NCBI GenBank assembly: GCA_001179505.1
Contig: CDMY01000297.1
Location: forward strand, 1 to 64,000
From: Vitrella brassicaformis CCMP3155
Lineage: Eukaryota; Protista; Chromerida
Length of the DNA: 64,000 bases
Direction of reading: 5' to 3'
A program made the translations under genes and the position numbers. Shown in pieces: positions 31,011-43,775 of this stretch (positions within the stretch are counted from its first letter, which is position 1; each line of letters begins with the position of its first letter). Below the pieces are notes generated by a model. It saw only the letters and a list, made by a program, of their open reading frames with translations. It searched no databases and was not told the origin of the DNA.

Positions 31011-32030
31011 TCGATGTCGTCGTACACGGCATCGGGCAGCCTGCCCCAGGGCAACTCGGACGTGATCTTCTTGTACAGCGCCCGCATGCCCTTCTGGAAC
31101 TTGTCGCGGACGGTGGCTGCACTCACAACATACATAAACAGCCGGCACAGAGATATCTGAGATACTTAGCGGGCGGGCGCGCGAGTGGGCCAAGTGTGTC
31201 TGTCTTTGTGTCTGTCCGCTGACTGACGTACCAGGTAGGTTAGCGGCCTGCATGGCGAGCCACGGCGTCCTCCACGCCCTCGTCGGTCTCATTGGCATGG
31301 GGCATGTAACAGCTGGTCCTCGACGCCGATGGCGTTGGTGGGGTAGTACTTTCGCAAGTCGAAGGCGTCATACATGCCGGCGACCAAGTCGTCCCTGCAG
31401 CACACATACATACATACATACATACACACATACACGGCGGCAGACGTGAATGGCAGGCAGGCAGCCAACACCGTCGACCTATCATCACTCAGTCCCGTGC
31501 GTATGCAGCCAGCCGTGTGTGTGAGCGTGTGTGTATTCCAGCTGGACGTACCTTGACAACCGAAATGCACCATTCATCCCTACACAGCATCCTTCACCAC
31601 ACCGTCATCACGCTGGCCCCAACATACGTGCCTACCTGGAGACGGGAACCACAAGAAGAAATCACTATTTTGTCCGCTGCTGCTCCACTGACCGCAACAC
31701 CGCACCGAATGAGGGGGGGCGGTAGAGATCGACACCGTCCACGTAGTCGTACACCACGAACTTGTTGCTCGCCAGGGCCAATGTTGAGCCTGTCATCTTC
31801 TTCTGGGCTGCCGACAGCTCGAGGAAGGCATATGAGCACACCCATGACAACCGAAATGCACCATTCATCCCTACACACCATCCCTTCATCACACCGTCAC
31901 CACGCTGGCCCCAACATACGTGCTTACCTGGAAGTCGATATGTGAGAAAAAAAGGTGCGTGCGCACTCTGCAGGCGCCAGGCGGTCGCCAGGCAGTCGAC
32001 AGCCGCTCCGCAGAAGCACCAACAGGTAAG
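31011..32030 (-). pseudogene. Frameshifted hypothetical gene fragment
   Basis: Coding-like segments YAFLELSAAQKKMTGSTLALASNKFVVYDYVDGVDLY, RDDLVAGMYDAFDLRKYYPTNAIGVED and ATVRDKFQKGMRALYKKITSELPWGRLPDAVYDDIEKTL* need at least two frame changes to join. Confidence 0.35.
31555..31931. repeat. Pair of ~85-bp near-identical direct repeats (31555-31639 and 31846-31931)
   Basis: Both copies read GACAACCGAAATGCACCATTCATCCCTACAC...CACGCTGGCCCCAACATACGTGC(C/T)TACCTGGA. Confidence 0.85.
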
Positions 32031-32871
32031 GTGCTCTGCGTTGTGCTGTGTTTCTTGGGAGGAGCTCACCAGTGTGACGTCGGTGGTGGAGGAAAAATGT
32101 GGTCGATGACATCCGGACGACCCGGACGAGTTGGGAGGGGTAGAGGGAGATGAGATGGACAACACAAGCCTATGAGCAGCCGGAAAGAAAAAGAAATGGA
32201 GGATCTGTGGCTGAAATAAGGCTGGCAGGCCGAAGTTAGCCGCCGAACGCGGAAAAAAATGCGAAAAATGCAAGCTCAAATCAGGGGGGGTTGTCTCCGT
32301 CTCGTCGCGCAGAAATCTCGCCACACCGTTACGGACTTGTCTCTGTGTGGTGGTGGGCGTGTGTATTGCTGATGCACCATGTATTGACACACGCATCAGC
32401 TACACCACCACACGCGTCCAGAAATAGTCGCGTGTTGTGTCCAGGATAGTCGCGTGAAAGAGCCTCTGCTGCTAGACACCAAACAGGCGAACATGAATGA
32501 GCATCTGCAGTTTCGTGTGCACCCGATCACACCGAGATCTGCGACAGCGAAAGCTCAGAAGACGGGGAGGGCATCTTTGCAAAGCAGCGCTGCATTTTGT
32601 CAAGTATGTCGGCACCGCACATATATACTGTCACAGAAGGCCGATGAGTCTCTCATTCCATGCGTGTGTGTGTATGTGGTATCCATTGCGCATGGTGCCA
32701 CACATCAGACTGGGCACTGTACACCGGATAGAAACTCCATGCAGCACTGCAAGTACACGAAGGCATCAGCGAATGGATTGTGGGTGGGTTTGTTATAAAT
32801 CACGCGCACATATGGAGGGAGGCAGGGGAAGGCAAAGAGACCAGTGGGAGAAGCGGACAGGCACACAGCCG

Positions 32872-32905
<34 letters not shown>

Positions 32906-33262
32906 GACAGACAAGACAGGGTGTGTATAAAAAGGCCCAATCGAATCACGATCAAAGAGAAAAATCGCCCAACCACACAGATGGAAGTAGAGAGCCCCGC
33001 CACTATAAAAGCCCGAAAGCCCTACTACACATGACACTCCCTCTCAATGGTGCATACGTGTACACACACATCGACACGTCAACACATCGATCGCATGACA
33101 GAGCGTTGGTTGCATTCATTGTGTTGCCGCACTTGCCCATCGCCCCTTCGCTCCCTCGCACGTGCGTCTACCGTTGATGGCCTAGACAGAGACCCTCCGA
33201 CCGACCGACCGACCGACACACATACATATCGCCTACTAAGGCAAAAAGCCGACTGCGTCACG

Positions 33263-35505
33263 TCAAGGCCCACCGGGGTGTACCCATGGGTACCCAGGTA
33301 TCCATCCCGCGTTGGCGGCAACCTGATCGCAGCACACACACACACACACTCGCCCTCACCCTCATTCTGTGAGTGTCTGTGTCTGTGAATGTGTCTGTGT
33401 ATGCGTGTGTTGTGGTTACTTCGAATATGAGGAAGAGTCCGTAGCAGAGGATGCATCCGTATCCCATGACGCGGCCCATCTTCATGCGGTTGCAGACAAC
33501 AAACATGACGAACAGCACCAGAGACGCCGCCAAGATGAACACCGATATCACTATGTCGTCCGAGTCCATCGAATAACTGCACCACCACCACACACACAAC
33601 ACTCCCGCACAGAAATGTGAGCAGATGCCTATAGTATAGGTGTGTGTACCCTTCAGGGTTTTGTATCCATGTTTTGAGGAGCCAGGGGAACCCCAGGGCG
33701 AAGAAAATGTTGAAGACGTTGGAACCGAACGCATTCGACACGGCCATGTTGCCCAAACCCTACACACACACACACACACACACATCGATCTCATCAATCC
33801 ATCCATGTGTGTGTGCGTNNNNNNNNNNNNNNNNNNNNNNNNNNNNNNNNNNNNNNNNNNNNNNNNNNNNNNNNNNNNNNNNNNNNNNNNNNNNNNNNNN
33901 NNNNNNNNNNNNNNNNNNNNNNNNNNNNNNNNNNNNNNNNNNNNNNNNNNNNNNNNNNNNNNNNNNNNNNNNNNNNNNNNNNNNNNNNNNNNNNNNNNNN
34001 NNNNNNNNNNNNNNNNNNNNNNNNNNNNNNNNNNNNNNNNNNNNNNNNNNNNNNNNNNNNNNNNNNNNNNNNNNNNNNNNNNNNNNNNNNNNNNNNNNNN
34101 NNNNNNNNNNNNNNNNNNTGTTGGGCGACTAGCACTGACGAGACCAGGTTGGGGAACGACGTGCCGGCAGCGGCGAGAGTGAGACCCATCACGGCCGCAG
34201 GAATGCCCCTGCACGAGCGAGGGTAACACATTTCCGCCGGTGCATGTCATGTGTGCTTGACGGCTTTGCCCACCATATGCAGGCGATTGTGTCGGCCGAG
34301 AAACACATGACGTACGAGAAGATCGCCAACCAGACCTATACAGACACGGCAGAAGCCACACATGGGGTCACGTGACGCGTGTGTGTGGGTTGGGGTTTAG
34401 AGTACCCACCATGGCGATCGCGAAGCAGCTCATCCAGTGGCCCTCCTTGCCGGGCGCCCTCACGTTTGGCGTCGTGGCCCACAGAGTCACCTTCAGCGGC
34501 AAACTCAACACCCACTCCACCTTGCCCAACTAATGTGCACACACACACACACCATGGCGTGGGCGTGTGATGCATCCGCACCCACTCATCACCCACCCAC
34601 AATACGCACCGGTGTGAGCGGCACTCTGAATGGGCTGAGGTCGTCGTGTGCGGCTTCCTCCTCTCCAGTGAGTATGTCCTCAGTCACACTGGGAGTGACG
34701 GTGGTTGCGGCGGGGCCGAGCTCCTGGATGGCCAGTGACAGCGCAGCCACCCAGCTGTTCTTGGTCGCAGGACTTATCACAATGGATGGACACACAGAGA
34801 GGGAAGAATGGACACATACGTCTGTGTGTGTGTGTGTGTGTGTGAGGGGGTGGTTGTGAGGTGGGTGGCTCACTCACTCACTCCATAGCTCTGAATGTGA
34901 GAGTGCGTCCGGAGGGCATCTTGAGCTCGAAGTCGACCCCCTCCTTGTCGATGCACTCACACCCACCAGACAACTTGACCGTTCCCAGGATCTACTCGCG
35001 CCCATCCATCCATCCGTCCATCCACACACATTGACACCGACAGGAAGACAGACAGATGGAGAAACGGCGGATGTGTTTGTGTGTTTGTGTGTCGCCACAT
35101 ACGTGCTTCTGGGGCTCCTCCTCGTGCATGGGGTCGTAGAAGTTGTGCTGCACAACGGCGGAGAAGCGCCGGACCGTCTCGAAGTGTTGAACCTGATTGA
35201 TGGGAAGAGGATACATACAGACCAATCACTGACTGCATTTGGGGGCAGGAGAAGGGGCGGCGAGCTTGCCTGTTCGGAGGAGGTGCCCGGCCGCAGTCCG
35301 TGCACCGTGACTTTGTGGCAGGGGGCCAGGGCGTACTGAAGCTCGCCGCCAACCAAACAGAACCTGAGGGATACACAAATGCCCCAGTTTGTGCAGACAG
35401 GAGGGAATGACCCGGCCTTTGTGTGTGTTGGGGGTGCTACCAGAGTCGGCACCACCCGTGTGTGGCGATCGACATGCGGCTCTGGAACCTGAACACCGAA
35501 ACACA

Positions 35506-35540
<35 letters not shown>

Positions 35541-36375
35541 GGAGAGAATGAGGGATGCCCTGATGCGTGTGGATGCATGCACATGCAATGGGACCGTGGC
35601 GCCTGGCTGCCCTGTGTGTGTTGTTCTACAGCCGAGCTACCCCACCCCCAGTCCAGTGATAGAATACACCATGCATACACGCGTGCACTACTCCCCACAA
35701 CGAGATACGCAGACAGACAGAGAGATCGATCACCTATCGATGAGGAGCTCCTGCAGAGTGGGCTCATAGTTGTAGCTCTCGTGCTGAGCAGCACGCACGT
35801 CCCCGACAGTGTGGCCCCTGGAGCCCCCACTACGCCCACTCCTATTGCTACGCCCGCCACGAGACCGGGCCCGCACTCCAGGAATGTCCGCTGGCGGGGG
35901 AGTCAGGCTCGCCTCATTCTCATGCTCACGCTCACGGCGATCCTCGCCACTGTCATGCGAGTCGTGCTGCTGGAGTGGGCTGAGGTGGCTTCGGTCCTCG
36001 GTGGGTGGCGCGGGGGTGTTGGCAGTGGCAGGACGCAGCCAGGGGGTGTTTGGCTGTGTGACTGCTGCTGACGACTGGCGGCGCATGATGTTGAAGCGGG
36101 AGATGTTGTGCCAGACGACGTCGCCGAGGTCGAAGTCGTCCATGTGCTCGTGGCCTTCCTTCTCTAAGTCAGCTCTAAATACCCACCATAGAGCCAGACA
36201 GACAGACAGACAGACAGCCAGACAGAGAGGGGGGAGAGACAGACAGACGGACCAGCAGCCAGCCGAAACGAGCTACATGCATCAATGCGTGTGTGCACGT
36301 CCATGGTGTGTGTGCCCATGTGTGCCATGTGTGTCATGTGTGTCGTGGCTACGTGTGTGTTTGTCTTTGTGTGTG

Positions 36376-36409
<34 letters not shown>

Positions 36410-37999
36410 GCCGACCTGTCCCTCTGCAGCAGCCAGCCCTCCTTGTTCTTGATATTGCGATTGATGAGGTCCAGGGGCAGCTCACTCGCAGACCGGGGGT
36501 AAAAATCTGAAGGAGGAAGAAACCAATGAACCAGCAGATCGGGATGTGCTGCTGTTTGTTGGGATATACCTGACGGTTTGTCGGTTCCAACGATGAAGTG
36601 CTGTTTGTCGTCCTGGGCGATCTGGTCCACATTCTCCCACTGCACAAAGCAGCGACATCCTCGTGTGTGCTGCTGACGCGCTATGCTGCATGTGTGTGTG
36701 TCTGTCTTTCTGTTGTGGGTCACCTCGTCCGCTTCAAACAGTGGTTTCTCGAGCTCGTGGACCCCTATCGTGACGACACTCTTCTTGCCGCGCATCGGAC
36801 ACGTGCACGCCACTATTTTCTGAAGGAACGATGACCACCAGCATCATCGTCATCACAACACACACATGTACTGGGTCGGTGGTGGTGGTGTCCCTCCCTC
36901 TCAGGCGGACCGAGAAGAGGCTGCACACGAGCGCGTAAGTGAGGTAGCACAGGACCAGTGCGAGCGACTCCCATTTCGACACCACCCCGTCGGCCAGCGT
37001 CCAGTACAGCATGCCGATCGACAAGCCGTAGAAAAACACATCACGCGCTGCACACACCCACACCCACAGCCACACCCACCCGGACGGACAAACAAAAGCA
37101 ACACGTGAGTGTGTCGTCAGTGTGTGTCGTTGGTTCGCTCACTGACCGAAGGGGCGCCAATCGAGCCGCAGGACACCGTGCTGCGCCAGGAGGGCGCTGA
37201 AGCCGCATATCATCAGCTGACCACACACACACACACATGGCGCACACATGCAAACATGGGAGGCCAGTGGGAGGAGTATATATACCATGTTGAATATCTC
37301 GGAGCCGACGATTGTTCCCGAGCCGACGGCCGAGTGCTCGATGAAGATGGCTATGAAGTTGGTGAACCTGCACACAGATACACACACACTCAGATGGGTC
37401 GGTGGAATGCAGTTCATGCCCTGGATCTCCCTGAGCGTGTGGGCTGGTATGGTGTCTGTCGTTGTGGGTACATTTCAGGCGAGCTGGCACCGATGGCCAT
37501 GAAGGTCGCCCCGGCGACGTCGTCGGGGATCTTGAGCTTGTCACACATAATCTGCAGAGCCGGCACCTGTGCACACACGTCCGTATCCATGACAACAGGG
37601 GGTTAATGGACCATGGCTTGGTCGGGCTTACGAAGTACTCGTCGCACCTGCACGGACACAAAACATGCTTCATACTGCTCCCTCCCTCCCTCCCTCCCTC
37701 CCTCCGTCTGTGTGTGGTGCTTACACGACGGCCAGCGAGTAGAAGATGTAGAGTATGAGGAGCACCCACAGCCACACGCCGAAGTTCCTGACGAAGGCAG
37801 AGTACTCCGGGCACCCCGGCTCAGCTGCAGCTACGCTACCAGCACCTCCCCCGACATCCTGCGCCGTGAGGGTCATGTTGGACACCGGGTGCAGCGTCAG
37901 ATTGTGCGGCACGAAGGCCATCGTCGCCATGTGGCTCATCGATGCCCGCAGATGGGCCGTGCCCAGCCCGTTGGCGAGCGCCGCCAGATGGGAATCCAT
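33263..37999 (-). CDS. NCKX: K+-dependent Na+/Ca2+ exchanger (NCKX/SLC24-like, CaCA superfamily) with PH-like motifs in the central loop; one 300-N gap
   Basis: Alpha-1 repeat CDEYFV...[17 protein letters not shown]...[11 protein letters not shown]. Alpha-2 repeat [28 protein letters not shown]...[27 protein letters not shown]. Also [10 protein letters not shown] and about 11 hydrophobic segments. Confidence 0.93.
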
Positions 38000-38179
38000 C
38001 ACAGCGGCAGGGAGGCCGGACTAAAGGGCGGGGGGTTGGGTGATGGGCTGACTGCCCTCACTGGCGCAGCCAGGCTGTCCAGTGACGTGCTGGTGTGTCC
38101 AATATGGCCAGATCTGGCCTCTTTTCCTCCGCTTCGTAGGATCGTTTTGGCGAGCTTGAGCCTTTTGGGGGTATTATCG

Positions 38180-38359
38180 ATGCCGAGCGTAAGCGGGTAT
38201 TTGAGGCGCGGGCTGGCGCCGTTGTTGGTGCATGACATCGCTGTGGGCTGCCGCATCGGGCTGTACGAGAGGGCCCGCACCTGCAACTACGTGAGAGCAT
38301 GGAAGGAGCCTTGTGGGGGGATGAGCACGGAGATCTATGGCGAGATGGCAAAGGTGCGA

Positions 38360-38395
<36 letters not shown>

Positions 38396-39657
38396 CCATC
38401 CATCCATCCATCCATTCTTCTCTCTCTTATGCGTGTGCAGGGCCACATAGAGTGGGAAGCGGCGCCTCAGTGGACGTCGCCGGCTTCATGGACGGACGAT
38501 AACCCCCTCAAGCCTAGGAGACTCGTCTGGAACTTCACCATGAGCGGGGTGACCCCAATGCACATTGCAGGCCCTCTCCTTCTCTGCAAAAAGTTCTTAT
38601 CTGTCTGTTGCGTGTGTTCTGTGTGCAGTTGAACGAATGTTTGAAGGATCCAAAACCGTACACCCTGCCCAGGCTGCCAAACATACTCGCAGAGATACCG
38701 CCGGGTGAGCCGGGCGACACATCTACAAGCAGTATGGTCATTCCTCTCTCCCTGTCTGACGCAGGTGGCTTCCTGGCCAAGGCGGACTTCCAGAAAGCCT
38801 ACAAGCAGTTGCCGGTGCACCCCGACGATCGGCCCTTCCTGTCCTTCCACATGTCGTCCACTTCCGACTTCCTCTCGTGGCGCGTCCTGCCATTCGGTCT
38901 CAAGACAGGCCCCTCCCTCCTGCTGCGCCACACGGCGGCCATGCAGGCCTTCATGCCATTCGCCACCTACTGCTATGTCGACGACTGGCTCATTGGGGGA
39001 GAAAAGGCTGCAGAGGGACGGGAGGCGGTGTTTGACGAGCGGCGGGTGGCGGAGAACTTCGGCGAGTTCCGGGAGCTGACGGAGGACCTTGGGTGGCCGG
39101 TGCACAAGGTCGTCGAGCCGACACAAGAGCTGGTGGGTGGAGAGAGGGAGAGCGGGAGAGACAGGCGGGGCTTCATTGTTCGGATGTTTGTGTGTGTGGT
39201 CACACAGACGTATTTGGGTTTTGATATCAACACGCGTCTGCGGACCATCCGCATTCCCGACGACAAGTGGCACCGCCTCAAGTGGCGCATCATCGACGCG
39301 CTCCGGTACGGCACACGGACGCAGAGCGGCCGCGGCAAGTGCGACGTGCGCTACATCGACGAGCTCCTCAGCGTGCTCCCCTACTTCGCGCCCTTCTTCC
39401 CCCCATCACTGGTCCCTGAGCTCTTCGTGGGGTGCAGCAGCGTCATGCGCACCGAGACGGAGAGACAGATGGGGGGCGTGCCGGTGTACCACGTGTATGG
39501 CAGCCGCGAGCAGCGGGGTAGCAGGGAGATGTGTGAGCTGAGGGGTGCGTTGGAGGTGGCGTACAGAGATGTGCGGCAGCAGATTGGGTGGGATGAGTAC
39601 ATTAGGGGGGCGGGGAGGAGGGTGGACAGGGACAGGGAGTGGGGGTACCAGACGTGA
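38180..39657 (+). CDS. Stand-alone DIRS/Ngaro-type reverse transcriptase, 5 exons, ~391 aa after splicing (3' end possibly longer)
   Basis: Exons 38180-38353, 38441-38548, 38629-38704, 38765-39132 and 39208-39657 join in frame across GT-AG introns. RT motifs: RRLVWNFTMSGLNE, KADFQKAYKQLPVHPDDRPF, WRVLPFGLKTGP, YVDDWLI, LGWPVHKVVEPTQEL-TYLGFDINT, IRIPDDK. Confidence 0.85.
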
Positions 39658-39699
39658 CAGACGTGACCGAGTGACATGCATCACTTATCATTCAATCAT

Positions 39700-42600
39700 G
39701 TCAATGAATGCAGAAAGTGTCATCCATCCATCCATCCACTCTTCTCACACGTAAGTATGGATCAAGTATGTTCGGGGGCTGTCAGCAGCTGGCACGGCAC
39801 AAGGGTATGCGCTATTCGCGTCAGTCAGTCAGTCTCAGTCACTCTCTTCGCTGGACAGGCAGGCGGGCTCTCTGTTTGTGCAGTTGCATGGTCTGATTAT
39901 CGCGTCCTTACCGCCGCCGCCGCCGGCCACACACACATTGCCGGACGGCCGCGGCAAGTCCGCCCGCGTGGCTCGACACATCGGCATGCTCACCACCGAC
40001 GAGAGGCATATCACCTTTACCTACCGACGGACGGCTGGATGCACACGTCCACACACACGCACACGCATGGATTACGCCACACCCTCTCTCACTCTCTCAC
40101 ACACAGAGCCCACACGAATGAATTCATTCACTCAGTTGTCAGCCAGTCAGTCAGTCAGTCTTCCTCTGTGTTAGTAGAAGCTCCGGATAGAGACAAGGCC
40201 AGCAGGCAGGCAGGCAGTCACGTCGGAGGTGATAAACACCTCCGAACAGAGCGTAGCCATGCCGCCCATGTGAGCAGCGAGAAACCAGGGAGGGAGGGAG
40301 GGACGGGGGGAGGAAACACCGCACCACAAGAAAGAGGTTAGGAGGAAAGGCAGCACTCAGGTTGTTGACTGCCACGCAGATAGAAAGATACACAGATAGA
40401 CCCGCCCCACCCCATCCCACCCACCACAGAGAAAGTGCACACCCACCCACACACGCCCACAGATACAGACAGACAGACACGCACAGATACACTACACCAC
40501 GCCCGCCTACCCGCCCGTCCGTCCGTCCATCCATTCATCGCACTCACTCACGGGAGCTCATAGGAATGCTCGTCTCTCTCTCTCTCCTTCTCTTCCTCTC
40601 GTTTGTAATAATAATAATTCCTCCCCTGTCTGTCTGTGTGGCTGTGTGTGTCAGTCGCGTAGCATGGTGCCTGCCAAGGCGAGCTTCGCTCGGTATGTGG
40701 CATTGATCCATCCATCCAGCTACTATCACACGCGCATCGCATCCACAGCACACCGCCCAGAGGGGGACAGGGAAATACTAAACCACCCAGCCACACGCAC
40801 TCATTCCGAATTCCATCAGTTCGGTCGGTTCGGTTCCATCCATCCATCCATCAATGGCACTGGACACACGGGCCGGACACATCCATTCCATATGCATGAG
40901 ATGACACAGCACTCACTCACTCGGCGTACGTAACACGCAAGCCAGCTCGCGAAGCATGCCTGGCATGGCTGGGCTGGCTGCTCTCCAACCTTGGTTGGCT
41001 CTCTCTGCTCTCCCTCCCTTACAATTACAATTACTTACATACTTACCGTAACCACTCAGAATCACATAAATGCATCCATCCACGCCTCAGTGAGTGGGTG
41101 GGCCGGGCTGGCTTGGCAGTCAGTCATTGTCTCTAAACGAAAGAGACAGATTGTTCCCCCCTGTCTGCCTGTCTGTCTGTATGGGCTGTGTGGAGGTGTG
41201 TATGTGTGAAGGCCTGCAAGGAGGACGTCTACAAACACACCCACCCATCACGCCACCCAGCCAGCCAACCAACCAAATACGTCACACCGCGCCATCCACT
41301 CGCCCGCTCGCTCGCTGTCTGGCAAAAAACTCTCGCACAGCGCCAGCGACGTCTCCTTTGGTATGTACTGTAAGAGTAAGAGCCGAAAAATCGCAGAAAG
41401 TCCGTCGTATGTGTGTAAGCTGACTGAGATGTGCGCACGACGCCGCATCATCTGGTTGAAAAACAGCAATGATTGATGGATGTGGTGCGCGCGTCCGTGC
41501 GGTGTGGTGTGGTGTGGCGTCGAATGGGGCAAGGTCAGCCAGTCAGTAAGTCAGTCAGTAAGTCGGTCGGGCGGAGAGGGACACACGTGTTGATATCCCT
41601 CAGGGCCCATACATTACATGGACAAACAGGTGCACAGATAGATGGATGGAACTGATGTCACTCACGTGAGACCGCCGTCCGTCCGTCGTCCATCCGTTGA
41701 TCAAAACACTCAGCTGGAGTAGTGGGTGGACGGGTACCTACCTACCAGAGTGGTGGGTGGACGGGGCATACAACAGCTGGCCGGATGGGACCTTAAACAG
41801 CACAGGCGGGTCGGTCGGGTGAAGTGAGTAGTCAGTGGGCGGCTGGCTGGGGTCAGAGAGACAGACAGACAGGACCAACGAGTGAGTGGTGTCATGCATT
41901 GTGAGCATTCAAACTCTCACGTACGGCAAATAGATTCCCCTCTCCTCTCTCTCCCTCCTCTCTCTCTCATCTCTCTCATCTCAGATTCCAGGATATATAT
42001 GGGCCGTCACACAAAACCAGGCAGACAGGCAGACAGGCAGGAGATTGCGTGGGCAGCCAACCGACCAGCTAGCCTCACAGAACAACAGACACAGCCGGAC
42101 GGACGGACGGACGGATAGACAGCGCACACGACGACCACAAGAAGCTACATAGAGCATTATGAAGAGGGCACGTACGGTACGCAACGTGTCTGTGTGTGTG
42201 TGTGTGTGTGTGTAGGTCGGGGGCTGTCCCTCTCGGTCAGCTCCGACACACTCACTCCACTCACATACCCTGTTGGCACGTACAGAGAGATAGATTAGAT
42301 TAGATAAGTGTGTGTGTAAGCGAGTAGGAAAGTAAGTGTCGACCGGCCGTTGGTTGGTGCCGGGCACTGCTTGTGCTGCACTTATGGATGGTGTGTACGG
42401 TGGCATGACGCACGAGAGAGAGGAGAGAGGGGAGACGAGAAAGAGGAGAGAGAGACGGCATCGCATCAATCGAATGAAAAGCAAAATGAAAGTTACGGTA
42501 GGTACACACGCACTTACATACTAACTGACCGATTGCTGCTGAGCTGGCTCAGCCGCTGCACTCACTGCAGATGGGTGCAGACAGAGCTCCCGACAGACCA

Positions 42601-43700
42601 TGCATGAATGAGTGAAACGCGACACTTTTTCTCGCCCACCACAGCACCACAGCCAACCCCCCCACCCGACGCCCACCACAGCCCACCCACCCCTCCCAAT
42701 ACGAAATCGATCGGTGTCTGTCGGTCGGTCTTTTGCTTTTTCTCTTACTCAAACAAAGCACCAGACGGACAGATGCACACAGTAGGGGACGGGACGACCG
42801 TCGGTCGGTTGGTTCCTTTAAACTGGCTGGCTGGCTGGGGGCCACAAAAGCCCCTAATCCGGTCCGATCCGGCCCCCCTCCTACTGTACGTCTGTCTGTC
42901 TACACGTGCGTGCGTCATCCCATTCCGCGAATGGCTTTCCTCCTTGCCTCTCTCGTCTCGTATCATTTGCCGGCTGACAGACTGACAGACAGACAGACAG
43001 ACTGACCAACAGACCGACCGACGACCGCCCAGCTACTCCAAAAATAGCACACAACTGGGTCGCCAGTTACCGCTGCACTCACTGACTGCATGCATGAGCA
43101 TGACTCTCACTTTCTTCCTCTGGTGGATGGACACGACGCTCACGCACAAGCACATGCGACAGACAGACAGACAGACAGACAGAAAGACAGGTCCATCAGT
43201 CAGTCAGTCAATCAACAGAAAGAAAGGTACACGAGCGTACAGGTTGCTTGATCCGATCGTTCGAGAAAAAGACAGCTACCTTCCCCTCCCCTCCCTTCCC
43301 CTCCCTCCCTGTCTGCCTACCTACACCAAACAAACCATCATCCACCCGTCCGTCGGTCCATCGACAAGGAAGGCCACGAGGAGACCACAGCACGAGGGCA
43401 CACACGAATGAATCAGCGAGTCAGTCAAGGGCACACAGACACCGATAGGTACGGTACGCACACACCAGGCACGGACACACGCCAGAGGGGAAGGGGAGGG
43501 GGAAACTCGCACGCACACACGCTCACACGCTCACAGGCACTCACAGGCACTCACCCACTCACAGGCACTCACCCACTCACGTACAAACAAACAACAGCCG
43601 GTTGGTTCATCATCAGAAGAAGAAGAAGTAGCTGCTAGCAGCTGTAATTAGAATAATGCTGAGAAGTAGTCAGTCAGTAAGTCACACCACCAACGGCCCT
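39700..43700. repeat. Gene-poor, microsatellite-rich spacer ((CAGA)n, (CATC)n, (CA)n, (CT)n, short tandem units)
   Basis: All ORFs here translate to low-complexity TDRQ/HTHT/VCVC repeats. There is a tandem CACAGGCACTCACCCACT-like unit at ~43530-43580. Confidence 0.6.
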
Positions 43701-43775
43701 CTCGCCTCTCCCCCTCCCTCCCTCCCCCTCTCTCTCTCTCTCTCTCTCCCCGACCCCTCCCCATGTATGTCTCAC

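Noticed and set aside
37613-38179. Long plus-strand ORF extending the RT upstream across the NCKX first exon
   Set aside because: The upstream part is the antisense of NCKX coding sequence (GC-rich, few stops), and RT-like similarity begins only near 38180.
39883-40174. Possible extra RT exon or RNase H start (GRGKSARVARH...; YLPTDGW) with a 14-bp echo of 39327-39340
   Set aside because: No convincing TDAS/RNase H motifs, and the candidate splice paths need weak acceptors. Left as an unresolved 3' end.
39700-43700. Numerous 60-220 aa ORFs in the spacer
   Set aside because: They are translations of microsatellites (TDRQ, HTHT, VCVC, SIHP) with no domain motifs.
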